Shown here piece by piece: positions 36,273 to 49,238 of a DNA stretch of 64,000 nucleotides; position 1 is the stretch's first letter; every line of letters starts with the position of its first letter. The DNA comes from Cenococcum geophilum (lineage: Eukaryota). Location: contig CP158636.1 of NCBI GenBank assembly GCA_050273025.1, positions 2,914,001 through 2,978,000 on the forward strand, written 5' to 3'. The notes under the pieces were generated by a model. It was given only the letters and a program-made list of their open reading frames with translations, was not told the origin of the DNA and did not search any database. Position numbers and translations under genes: made by a program.

Positions 36273-39200
36273 ATAATTCTTATATAATCCCCTATAATTT
36301 AACGAGCTAGTTAGTAAGTTATTATTATATTAGCTCCCTCCTTAATAAAAAATAGAATAGCGGTTTATTTATAAGATATTACTTAAGCCTATACCCAATT
36401 AGAGACGCACCTTTAGCGCTTAATATTAGCATACCTTTCGGAGTAAATTCGCTACTAGTATCCTAAAGATACGATTATGGTTGTGCTTAAGCCATTATAT
36501 AGAATTATAGAGGTAGGAACTTACTAGTAGGCTACCTATAGTAAGCACTATAAAGAGAAGCTTTTAATAACTACTTCTATATTTAATCCCTGCTTCCTTA
36601 TTATAACTATAGGAACTTTATTTAGAATTATTAGTATATAAACTAATAATATAATTATCTTAGGAGACAACCAATTCTTAGCTCTTAAAGAAGATAAGCT
36701 AGTAAAGGCAAATCTTATAGTAAAGCTAAAAGAAAAGCTTAATTTAATAACACTATTACTCTTTAATAGATGCATCCTCTCCCTAAACGAGGATTCCATT
36801 GCTTTACGCCAGAAGGGTTAAGGTAAGAAGATTAACGTTATTAACGTTAATTCTCTAAAGCAAGGATATATAGAGCAACGTGCTTATAGAGCTTATATTA
36901 CTTCTATCTATTAACCTAAGGCTTTATTTAATCTCTCTATTGCGGCTTAATACTAGAAACTAACTAAGGATAATATCCTTGCCCTAAATAAGTGTCTTTT
37001 CTAGCAAATAAACCATCTTAATTGGGGACTACTCTATATACCTATTAATCTTCCTACCGCTAAGCTCTTTATATTTATTAATAGATCGTTTATAAATAGT
37101 AAAGATTTTAGTTCCTAGTTAGGATATAAGATTATTATTATAAACGAATCTACTAAAGAGAATAACTTTATAATCTACGGCAACTTTATCTATTAAAGCT
37201 TAATTAAGAGTAAGCGTATTACTTAAAGCGTTCTAGCGTTAGAGATATATAGAATAGTTAGTGGAGTTAATATAGTAATTACAATTAGAACTACCCTAAA
37301 GATAATTATAGATCGACTTAAACTTCCTATTATCCCTATAATCGTATACACTGACTTATATTCCCTCTATAAGTGTTTAGTTAAGCTTAGTACTATAAAG
37401 GAGAAGCGCCTTATAATTAATATTATAGCACTTTAGCAATTCTATAAGCGTTAAAAACTTTTTAAGATTTAATAAATTAATAGCTAAGATAACCTAGTAG
37501 ATATAATAATAAAGGCAAACCTAAATAAGGTACTAAAGACGTTTGTTAATATAAATACTCTATATATATAAGTTAAAGGTTAGGTTAAAAGGGAGTCCCT
37601 ATAAATTTCTTAGTTATATAAGGTCTTAAGATATCTAGGAACTTTGACCAGCGGTTAAAGTTATCTAATTAGTTAGATTCTCTTGCTAAGACTTTTTAGA
37701 AAGGGGAAGTATAACATTTTATAGACCCTAACTTAACCTAGCTAATTAGGATTTTCTATCCCCGGGATAGAAAATCGCTATTAGCTCGCTTACTACTAGC
37801 GCCTTAGCGGCCCTCTAAGTAAGATACCTACCTATAACTTATAAGTAAGAAAGTATTACGTGCTAAGAGGCAAATTTTGGGATAGCGAGACTTATATTAT
37901 AATGGCAATAGTAAGTAAAAAGGATTGATATTTGTTTTAATAGTTAAGCGGTATATATATATAGATAGCAACCATAAAAGAAGAGTTGCCAGTGTTGGGA
38001 ATAAAGGCAAGTGGTTACTATATAAGGTATATTGCCGTTATATATAGCAAGTTGCCATAACGTACAGCAAGTTGCCATTACGTATCGCCGCGGCACTAGC
38101 GTGGCGAGGAGCCTTAAGCTCCTCGCCCTCCCTTATTAAGAATATAGAATAACAATTATCATACTATCTACGAACCGTAGCTACGTAATATCCCCTTATG
38201 TAACTAATAATAACACTATTAGATATAGCATCTATCGCTTTATAAAAAGGAAGGAGAAATATTTAAGAAAAAGGATTAAGTAAGTAGACGACTGCTAGTA
38301 CTAGCTTACCACTTAATAAAGGCAAAAGGCTATAGGCTTAAGATTCTTAAGAAGAGATAAGATATGCTTAAGGACCTATAATAGACAATAACTAATAGAG
38401 CAGAGTAATAGCTTAGTTTAGTAATATATAAATAAGCTTGCGACGAAGTTTCCTAAGGGTATAAGATTCTTAAAATAGGATAAAAATACTATAGAAGCCT
38501 AGTTAGACTAAGGCTAGAGCTAGGCTTAAGAAAGAAGTAAGTTTAGAATTAAGAGTTTTATAGGACTAAGATTTTAATATATAAATAAGGACTATTAAAA
38601 AAAATTAACATTAAGATTAAGAAGTAAGAAGACTTTAAGGATTTACTTATAAGGCAAAAAACAAAAGAAACTATAGAGGAATTTAGATAGAGAATCCTTA
38701 ATAGAAACTAGACTAGAGATTTAGTATACTAGGTTATACTAGGGATAGAGCACCTATATAAAGGATAACTAATAGGCCTAAGATAGGCACGCTAAGAGCA
38801 AAATAGCTTATTAAACTAGAATAAGAAGAGGATCTAAAGATCCCTATTAGATTTAAAAAACGATATATAAAGGGCTATTACAATATAGTAATAAGAAGAT
38901 ACTTTCTTACGGATAAGCCGTATATACTCTAACTGTTATACTAAAAGTGGTATAGGCAGCGATATAACGATAAGTAAGAAGATTTCTATATATAGTTAGA
39001 TAAGCGAGTTATCTAGGACTACCCTATTATAGAAAAAGCTATAAGTTATATTAAGGGAGCATTAATTATAATATTAAAGGATTTAGAGAAATAATTAGGA
39101 CTAGAGAAGCGAAAGATAAATCTTAGTACTTATAAATAAAGTTATAATATTTAGATTAATATAATAAAGACTTAAACTTAAAAATAAAGATAAGTTAAGA

Positions 39201-42200
39201 GTTAACTTAAAGCACCTAGTATATTATACGCTATTATAGATTATATATATAGATAATATATACAATATATATAAGAATCTAAAAGAGAAGAATTGGAAGT
39301 ACCCTATAAGGATATATTAGGCGCTAAAAAAGCGGTAGTATAGGAATGCTAAGTATATATATAGATAGTATTTAGTAGAAGTTTAGGAGTTAGGAAACTT
39401 AATACTTTAACTAAAAAGATTCCTTACGGAAGAATACTTAAATAGATAATAGTAGTGGGAATACCTAAAGAATATATATCTATAGTATATAGAGGATAAA
39501 AAGCAAACTAGGTATTAGCAAAAGAGGAAGCTAAGTATAATAGGATTAAGTAGCTAATAGTTAGAAAAAGTGGAGGCCTATAGAACTAAAGGGAGCTAGT
39601 AGTAAACACTTAGACCCTTAACGAAATTTTGGGATTAATTAGTAAGATTAATAGTTTAAAGCGCTAATAGATAGTAAAGCAACGAGAAACTATATTTTAT
39701 TAGCAGTAGTTAAGAGAATAGAATTGCCTTATAAATAGAAGGAGTAATTTTACTTATTAGTTATAATTTTAGCAGATCTAATAACCTATAGAGGAGGGAT
39801 TGTTAATCTTAAAATAGGACTAATTAGATAATTATTAAAGGAAGACAAATTAAGATATCTTTTAATATCCTACTATTAGGACGAGATAAGGTAGTATTAG
39901 GCATGCCTTAGTTATAGGAGTATAATCTAAAGATTAATTAGGTTATAGGTTAAGTTAATATTAAAAATACTTAATAACGTAAAGTATAATAATAAACTAA
40001 AATAGTATAATATTAAGTTAGAGTAATATATAAAAAGATTAAGCGAGGCTTAAGTTATATACTAAAGAGATACTATAAGTATAGTAAGAAATTATAAAGT
40101 TTAGAAAGTAAGAAGTTAGTAAATTATATAGTATAGGACTATAAGATAGAGTTAGAACTAGAAATAAGTTTAAGGTTCTTTCTAACCTATAAGCTTACTT
40201 AAGAGGAGTTAAAAGCACTTAAAGAGTTTATCTAAGAAAACTTATAAAAGGGATATATTAGACTATTATAGTTATTAGTAGGATATCTAGTACTATTCGT
40301 ACTAAAGAAGAATAGAAAACTTAGGCTATATATTAACTATAGATAGTTAAATAGCATTACTTAAAAGGATAGGTATTTTTTACCCTTAATTAGTAAAATC
40401 TAAGATAGGATAGGTAACGCGCAAATCTATATAAAGATAGATCTGAGATAGGCGTACTATTAGATTAGAATTAAGGAAGGCAATAAATAAAAGACAACCT
40501 TTAGGTTAAAGGAAAAGCTATATAAACCATTAGTTATATAATTTAGGTTAATAATATACTAGTAACATTTTAAAAGAGAATTAATAGTATATTATAGTAT
40601 ACCTTAAAGACATTATTATCTACTTAATAACTAAGGAAGAGTATAGGGAACACGTTAAATAGGTCTTAAAGAGACTATAAGAAAAATAGATGCTAGTAGT
40701 AATTAAAAAATATAAGTTCTTTACTAGGAAGACCAATTTTGTCGGATTTATTATTAAACTAGGTTATATTAGTATAGACCTAAAAAAGATTAAAGCTATA
40801 GTAAGTTGGTAAGAGCTAGAAAATATAACGCAGTTAAGGTTATTTCTAGGGTTTTACAACTACTATAGAATATTAAACTATTTACTAGGCTTATAAAGAA
40901 AGAGGAACTATAGGTATAGGGAAATAAGTAAAAGAAGCTATTTAAGGAACTTAAGGAGTTATTTACCTAGGAGCTAGTCCTTAAGATCTATTAACTAGAA
41001 CTAAATGTAGTCGTAAAAACGGATATATTAGACTTTATACTAAGAGTATATTTGCTATAAAAGTATAAGAATATATAGTACCTAATAGCGTACTATAGTT
41101 AGAAGATAATACTACTAGAACTAAACTACAACATCTATAACAAGAAGTTGCTAGGTATAGTTATAGTATTTAAGAAATAGAGAGCATTCTTATAAGGCGT
41201 AGAAAAACTATTTATAGTTAAAATGGATTATAAGAACCTAACAGGGTTCCTAATAATAAAAGAATTTAATTAGAGATAAGTTAGATAGGCAGAAATACTT
41301 ACAGAATACTATTTTAAGATTTAGTATACTAAAAGAACTAAGAATATAAGAGTAGATATACTTAGTAGAAAGGCTAAACTATAAAACAATAATAAAAACT
41401 ATTAGGAGTAATGCTATATAGAGATAAGGATAAATTAACAAGATATAATTACCCTAAGCTAGTAGTAACTTAAGAGGATAATAAACTAAGAAGAGTCTAT
41501 AAGATACTAAAAAGCTTTTAGGTATAAAGAATTCTAAAAGTATAGCTAGAAGATCTATAGATAGATATATATAAAAACTAAGAAGCATTATAGAGCATTT
41601 TATAGAAGATTTCTATAAGGGAATAACTTAAGGATATAACGGAGCAATAGGCTTAGTATTAAGACTTTAGGAAGAATATATTATTAATAAAATCTAGGGC
41701 ATTGCTAAAGGAATAAACTAATAAGGTATAAGCTATATAGAGGGCTATATATAACGGAACCTTGTAGCAAAAACTATAGTGGGTCCTATTATTGGGCTAG
41801 GTGTGTAAAAAATGCAAATAACAATAGTCGATAAGTAATAACAACTGGTGGAGTAGTTGCCCAACAGATTAACTCTAATTGTATTCTAAGAATTACTATA
41901 AGAAAGGAACTATCTAGGTAGAAACTAAGGGTCCTTAAATACACAACCGTACTCCTATAAAATCCTTCTTATACGTAATATATATCTTATATATAAGGTA
42001 TATAAGTTCCTCTTATTCCTCTTGTTTAATACGTAGCATATTATATAACCTTAGTTACTATTCCTTATTATATAGTTCTATCGGCTCTATCCTAGACTAT
42101 ATTTAAATTAACTAACTAGCTTCTTCCAACTCTTCCCTAAGTAGTTATAATATTATACTTAAAGCGTCCGTAACACTATCTCCCTCCTCTTTATCTTTAT

Positions 42201-42283
42201 CCTTAAAGATTTAAAATATCTCTAAGTCGTTTACTAGAGGTATAATATCCGTCTAATTAATTTGGTTAATATTATTACTTATT

Positions 42284-42935
42284 ATACCTAAAGCAATTTC
42301 TTCTTTATACGCCCAACGTCGTGCTCACACTATTACTATAATATTATCTCTTAGTAAGATTATACCGTCTCCATATTCTTGCTGTTTAAAAGAGGGGTTA
42401 GTTTATATTGCGTTAGCAAACCCTTCTTTATAACAACTATTCTCTTACTTAGAGTACACTAAAGTAAATATTTATTCGTCCTGCGATGTTTACTCTACCT
42501 TTAATGCTAAATATACGCGACCTATTACTCTTAATAGTTGTCTAGTTTCTTAATTAATTTGTTTTAGGGTCTTATATTTAATCTGCTACTACGCGGCTAG
42601 ATAGTAAACTGTCTTAAGCCCTTACTAAGTTGGAATATTCTCGCGATGCTAAATAAAAGGCCTTAGATGCTTAAATTGCGGCATCTACTCGTCTGCTCCG
42701 TCTTAAGAAGGGTTATAAGAAGGTTTATTCTAAGGAGTAGAAACTTATAGAATAAGGTTTATAGGAACTTAGTAATAAAAGAACGGATTCTTCTCTAATA
42801 GAGAAGGAAATAGATCTAAGTAATTCGGTAGCTACTCTTCTTAGGTCCCCCTTAGGTGACTTATTCTTTAGCAATCCTTCTTTATTAATATTACCTAACC
42901 TAATCTCTTCTAATACTCTTATACCTTTCCTATAG
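42284..42935 (+). pseudogene. Antisense intron-containing gene of B2: Zn(II)2Cys6-like cluster plus coiled coil (reconstructed; 3' end approximate)
   Basis: Exon 1 42284-42512, intron 42513-42567, exon 2 from 42568. Cys2 (TGT) and Cys6 (TGC) codons are intact; the other four are TAT/TAC, the expected RIP products of TGT/TGC. Confidence 0.7.
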
Positions 42936-45900
42936 CATTCTTTAAATTCTTTAGTGGCTCCTAGGTAGTCTTAGTGTAGCCTATTTACTTAACCTTATAC
43001 TATATTTTATCGTTAATATCCTTATAATTAACGATCCTTAAAACTTACCATTTATTTTCTTCTTATCCTCTATATGTATCTGCTTTATAAACTAATAGCT
43101 TAATATTTCCGTATGCTAGCTCTAGCATTGCGATATACTATATAGGGTAGATCTTTATTTTGGCTAGTAGGTTTAACTTAAATATAACTAGTAAAATCCT
43201 TTATATAATTTCAAAAGGTCCTAATCTAATATAGTCTAACTTTTTACTTAGTCGTTAACTCTTAAAATTTTTATATAGTAGCTATACTTTATCTCCCTCC
43301 TTAAGATCTAGTCCCTTAGATCTCTTAGTATTATAGTACCTTTTTATTCTTTCTTATACTTTCTTTGCTGATTCTATAAGGTTTATATAAAGATCTATTA
43401 ATGTCTTTATTTTTTCTTTAGCCGTACTACTCGTTTTCTTTATCTGCTATAGTAATAACGATGTTCTTAGCTTATATCCGTAATTTGCCTTAAATAGTAA
43501 TATGCCTATTTCTTTTTAAGGTGTTGTATTATATATAAACTATATAACTAGTAATAGTAATACCCAATTATTCTATGCATAATTAATATAATACCTTAGA
43601 TACTATTCTAGCGTCTAATTTAATCTTTCTATTTAACCGTCTGTCTGTAGATAATATATAGTAAAAGTTACTACTTAAACTCCTTACTCCGCCAAGAATA
43701 CCTCCTAGAATGCTGCTATAAATCTTAAATCTCTATCCGATATAATTTTGCTTAGTACTCCGTATCTTATAAATACTTCTTTAATATAGATTTTAGCGAT
43801 ATCTTCCGCTAAGATTTCTTTTATATATGCTATAAAGTATCCCTACTTTATAAGCTTGTCTATTATTACTAAGATTATATTATAATCTTATCCGGTAATA
43901 GAATCTCTTAACTTTAGTAACTTAATAATAAAGTCCTATAATATAACCCCCTATAGTCTTTCTGGTATTTTAATAGGTTATAGCCCTCTATATAGCTTAT
44001 ATCTTATTAGTTTATTCCTCTAGCAATCTAAATACTCCTTTATAACCTTTTTGGCTATCCTTTAAATTCCGTTAATAATATACTCCTCCTAGAGTTTTAA
44101 CACTAAGCCTATAGCTCTATTGTGTCCTTAAGTTAATCCCTTATAGAATTCTTCTATAAATTGCTTTACTATGCTTCTTGGGATGTACCTTACTTCTTAA
44201 TTTTCGTATATATCCGTCTATGGATTCTCTAGCTATGCTTTTAGAATTCTTTATACCTAAAAGCTCTTTAGTATCTTATAGACCCTTTCTAGTTTACTAT
44301 CTTCTTAAGTTGCTGCGATTTTTGGATAATTGTACCTAATTAATCCGTCTATATTTTTTTGCAGTAAAGCCCCTAATAGCTTTTTATTATTTTATAGTTT
44401 AGCCCTCCAACTTAGAGTATCTGCTCTTATATTATCTGTACCCTTAGTATACTAAATCTTAAAATAGTATTCTATAAGCATCTCTGCCTATCTAACCTAC
44501 CTTTAATTAAGTTCCTTTATTATTAGGAATCCTATTAGGTTCTTATAATCTGTCTTAACTATAAATAGTTTCTCTATACCTTATAAGAATACTCTCTATT
44601 CCTTTAATACTATAACTATACCTAATAACTCCTTATTATAGATGTTATAGTTTAACTCTAGTGGTGTTATCTTTTAACTATAGTATGCCACTAGGTGCTA
44701 TCTATCTTAATATTTCTATATAAAGTACGCCCCTAGTATATAGTCTAATGTATTTATTTCTATAACCGTTTCTAGTCCTAGTTAATAGATCTTAAGAACT
44801 AGCTTTTAGGTAAACAACTCTTTAACTTTCTTAAAGAGTTCCCTCTATTCCTCTCCCTATACCCATAGTTCTTCTTTTTTTATTAATTATATAAATAGCT
44901 TAATGTCCTTTAACTACTGCGCTATAAACCTTCTACAGTAATTGTAAAGCCCTAGGAATAATCTTAACTATATAACGTTCTCTAGTTCTTACTAATTTAC
45001 TATAGCCTTAATCTTCTTTAGATCTATGCTAAGTTAGCCTAGTTTAATAATAAATCTAACAAAATCGGTCTTCCTAGTAAAGAACTCGCATTTCTTAATT
45101 GCTACTAGCATTTGTTCTTCTTATAGTTTCTTTAAGACCTATTTAATGTGTTCCCTATATTCTTCCTTAGTTATTAAATAGATAATAATATTATTAAAAT
45201 ATACTATAATAAATTTATCTAAGTATTCTCCTAATATATTGTTAATACGCTTCTAAAACGTTGCTAGTGCGTTTATAAGCCCGAATTGTATAACTAATAG
45301 TTTATATAGTTCTTTCTTTGACCTAAAGGCTGCCTTCTATTTATTGCCTTCCTTAATTCTAATCTAATAGTACGCCTATCTTAGATCTATCTTCGTAAAG
45401 ATTTGCGCGTTACCTATCCTATCTTAGATTTCGCTAATTAAGGGTAAAGGATACCTATCCTTCCTAGTAATGCTGTTTAACTATCTATAGTTAATACACA
45501 GCCTTAGTTTGCCGTTCTTCTTTAGTATAAATAGTACTGGATATCCTGCTAATAACTGCGATAGTCTAATATATCCCTTTTATAAATTTTCCTAGATAAA
45601 CTCTTTTAATACTCTACCTTCCTCTTTAGTAAGCTTATAGATTGGAAAGAACCTTAGACTTATTCCTGGTTCTAATTCTATCTTATAATCCCATACTATA
45701 TACTTTAATAGCTTTTTACTCTCTAGTAACTATAGTTTCTTACTATACTTATAGTATCTCTTTAGTACATAACTTAAGCCTCGCTTAGTCTCTTTATATA
45801 TTACCCCAACTTAGTACTATACTAACTTAGTCTATTATTACATCTTACGGCGTTAAGTATCCCTAATATTAACCTAACCTATAATCTAATTAATCTTTAG

Positions 45901-48900
45901 ATTGTATTCCTGTAATTAAGGCATTCCTAATACTGCCTTATCCCGTCCTAATAGTAGGATATTAAAAGACATCTTAATTTATCTCCCTTTAATGGTTATC
46001 TAAATAGGTCCTATTTTAAGATTGATGATCCCCCCTCTATAGGCTATTAGATCTCCTAAAATTATTACTAATAGGTAAGGTTCCTTCTTTTGTTTATAAG
46101 GTAATCCTATCCTCTTAACTATTACTAGCGAGATATGGTTCCTTATTGCTCTACTATCTATTAATGCTTTAAACTGTTGATCTTACCACTTTATTTATAA
46201 ATTTAGGTATTATCCTTAAATTCCTTTAAGGGTCTAAGGCTCTACTACTAGCTCCCTCTAGTCCTGTAGGCCTCTACTTTTCCTAACTATTAGTTACTTA
46301 ATCCTATCGCACTTAGCTCACTCTTTAGCCAATGCCTAGTTCGCTTTTTATCTTTAATATACTATAGATACGTATTCTCTAAGTATTTCTACTACTATTA
46401 TCCGTCTAAGTATTCTTTTATAAGGAATCTTCCTAGTTAAAGTATTAAATCTCCTTCCTTTTAGGCTTCTACTAGATGCCATCCGTATATATATTTAGTA
46501 TTTCTATACTATTACTTATCCGCTATCCAGTATATCCTTATAGGGTATTTCCGATTCTTTTCTTTTAGATTCTTATATATCTCGCATATATTATCTACGC
46601 ACGCAATCCATAATAACATATAGTGTGCTAGGTACTTTAGGTTAACTCTTAACTTATCTTCGTCCTTAAGTTTAAACCTTTATCGTGCTAATCTAAATAT
46701 TATAACTTTATTTGCAGGTACTAAGATACGCCTCTTGCTTCTCTAGTCCTCTAAACGCTCCTTTAGATCCTTTAACGTTATAATTAAGGCTCCTTTAATA
46801 TAAGTTATAGCCTTTTCTATAATTAGGTGGTCCTAGATAACTTTCTTATCCAACTATATATAGAAATCTTCCCACTTATTATTATGCCGCTATCTATACC
46901 ACTTTTGGTATAGGTGCTAGAGTATATACGGCTTATCCGTAAGGAAGTATTTTCTTATTACTGCGTTGTAACAGCCCTTTATATGTCGTTTTTTAAACCT
47001 AGTTAGGATTTCTAGATCCTCTTTATTCTCTAGTTTAGTAAGCCACTTAGCTCTTAGTATGCCTACTCTTAGCCTATTAGTAATTCTTTATACTAGCGCT
47101 CTATCCTTTATACGTCCCAATATGCTAGATCTCTTATCTAGTTTCTGTTCTTACTATGCGATAATTCTTACCCTAAATTCGTCTATAGTTTCTTTTAGTT
47201 TACGTCTTACGCTTTAATCCTTAAAGTTCTCTTACTTCTTAATCCTAATATCAACTTTTTAATCTTTAGTCTAAATATTATATTTTACTAATAAGTCCTC
47301 TAGGTCTATATGTCTATCTCCTAGTCTAATTACTGTTTATATTACAGATTCTCTAATCTATAAAGAAGCCTCTTACCTCTTGCCTATAGGTATCTTAATT
47401 TATACTCCAAATTCTTAACCCTTTAAATTCTTTAATCCTAAGCTTGCTTCTAACTTAAGCTTAGCTCCAGCCTTAGTCCATCTAGGCTTACTTAGTATTC
47501 TTATCTTATCTTAAGAGTCTTAAATCTCACTTATCTCGTCTTAAGAGTCTTATACCTATAGGAACTTCCGTCCCAAGCTTATTTATATATCTTTAAACTA
47601 AGCTACTACTCTACTCCATCAGTTTTCGTCCGTTATGGGTCCTTAAGCTTACCTTATCTTATCTTAAAAATCTTAGTCGTCTTTTATCTCGTCTTAAGAA
47701 TCTTAAGCCTTTAGCCTTTTGCCTTTATTAAGTGCCGAAGTAGTTCGCTATCCTACTTCTCTTGCGTCTTATAAAGCAATAGACATTATATCTAGTAGGG
47801 TCTTAATCCCTACTAATATTCCCTATTCTATAGTGGAATTATCCTCTACCTCTAATATAACATCTCTAATAGCTACGTATTCCTAGTAAACCGCTCTTAT
47901 TACCTTATTATTATAAAATGTTTCGCCTATATTAAATTTATCGTCCTTAATATCCAATCTGCGAACTAGTTTATTAGTTCCTCTATATTCTATAGGTACT
48001 AGCTCTTATAGCTAGTAGCTTACGCCATACTTAGCGTCTTTATAAATTCGGTATATGTTATTATAACAAAACGTAAAACTCTTAATTAAACACTCTTTTG
48101 TTCCTTGTAGTACATTATTATCCCTCTATACGTATATATCATCTACTATTAGTCTAGTTCCCTTCATTATATAGTATCTCTAACCATCTTTATAATCCCT
48201 TACGAAGTAACCTTATTTTCCGCAATTTATATAAGCTCCTTCTCTAAACCATTAACTTTACTATAGAGTCCGCCTAAACGTCTTCTACTACTAAGATCCC
48301 TAGTTTAGCCTTTACTCCTTAGTCCTATAATTACTAGATCCTTAACCTCTAGGTTTCTACGGTTTCTTACTCCATCTTTTATAGGCTTCTTTAGTACTAC
48401 TTAGGTCTATTAGCTCTTTACTATACTATAGTTTCTAACTTAGCTTAGGTTATTACGTACTCTGCGCCTTATATAACTATAAAACTCTATCCTAACCTCT
48501 TTTAGCCTGTTCCCTTTAGTAGATCCGATTATTAATCTTAATTGCTTAATCTATTAGTTCCCTTAGGGTATCCGTATCTTCCATTAGGATAATTACGTCC
48601 TAGACTTTAGCCTTAAGTCCTTGTTTATACTATGCCATAAGCGCCCTATTATTTCACTTAACTTATATTACTAACGTCTAGAACTGCGTTATATACTTAA
48701 TTACTAAGGTTTATTACGTAATATCTTAGAGTTTTCTTTCCGCCGTAGTTACTGCCTCCAGGTCTTTAAATATTTGCGTAAGTTATTCTATAAATCCATT
48801 CTAGCTTAAGAATATAAACCGTACCTCTTGGTTTATTGTTATTATTCCATTTACCTAGATTTCTATAAGGTAAGGCTCGAACCATTTAAGTGCTCTTTCT

Positions 48901-49238
48901 ATTAAGAACAATCCTGCGTATACTATTTGATCCATAAGTGTTACCAGCTTAGCTCCCTCTTACGCTACCTTAAAGTGCATTTACGTAAGGAATCCTTTAA
49001 GCTTTAATCTCTCTCCTAAGTATCTTTTAATTAATAGTAACTTAACCTTTACTGCGCCTATCCCATTAATCCTATTTTCTAACGTTACGTTATTTTCTAT
49101 TAACTGGTCAACTATCTCTTATAATTGTCCGACCGTTACAGGTTGCTATAAGTTAGTATCTACTATACTAGTATCGTTATCTGACCTTAATGTAGTTGCC
49201 GCCGTTAATAGCGTTATAGTGGCTGCTTTTAGTGGCAT
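42860..49238 (-). pseudogene. gag-pol of B2 (RIP-disrupted)
   Basis: Colinear with B1 1492-7860. Confidence 0.9.

Larger units (their letters stand above)
16112..38209 (+). mobile_element. Copia (GalEa-like) element E1, interrupted by E2 and a SINE-like insert
   Basis: 217-bp LTRs at 16112-16328 and 37993-38209, TSD ataac (16107-16111, 38210-38214), ATG at 16685. Domain order is gag, PR (DTGAA ~18426), IN, RT (QTDD ~36640), RH (EKRLMID ~37401). Confidence 0.95.
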
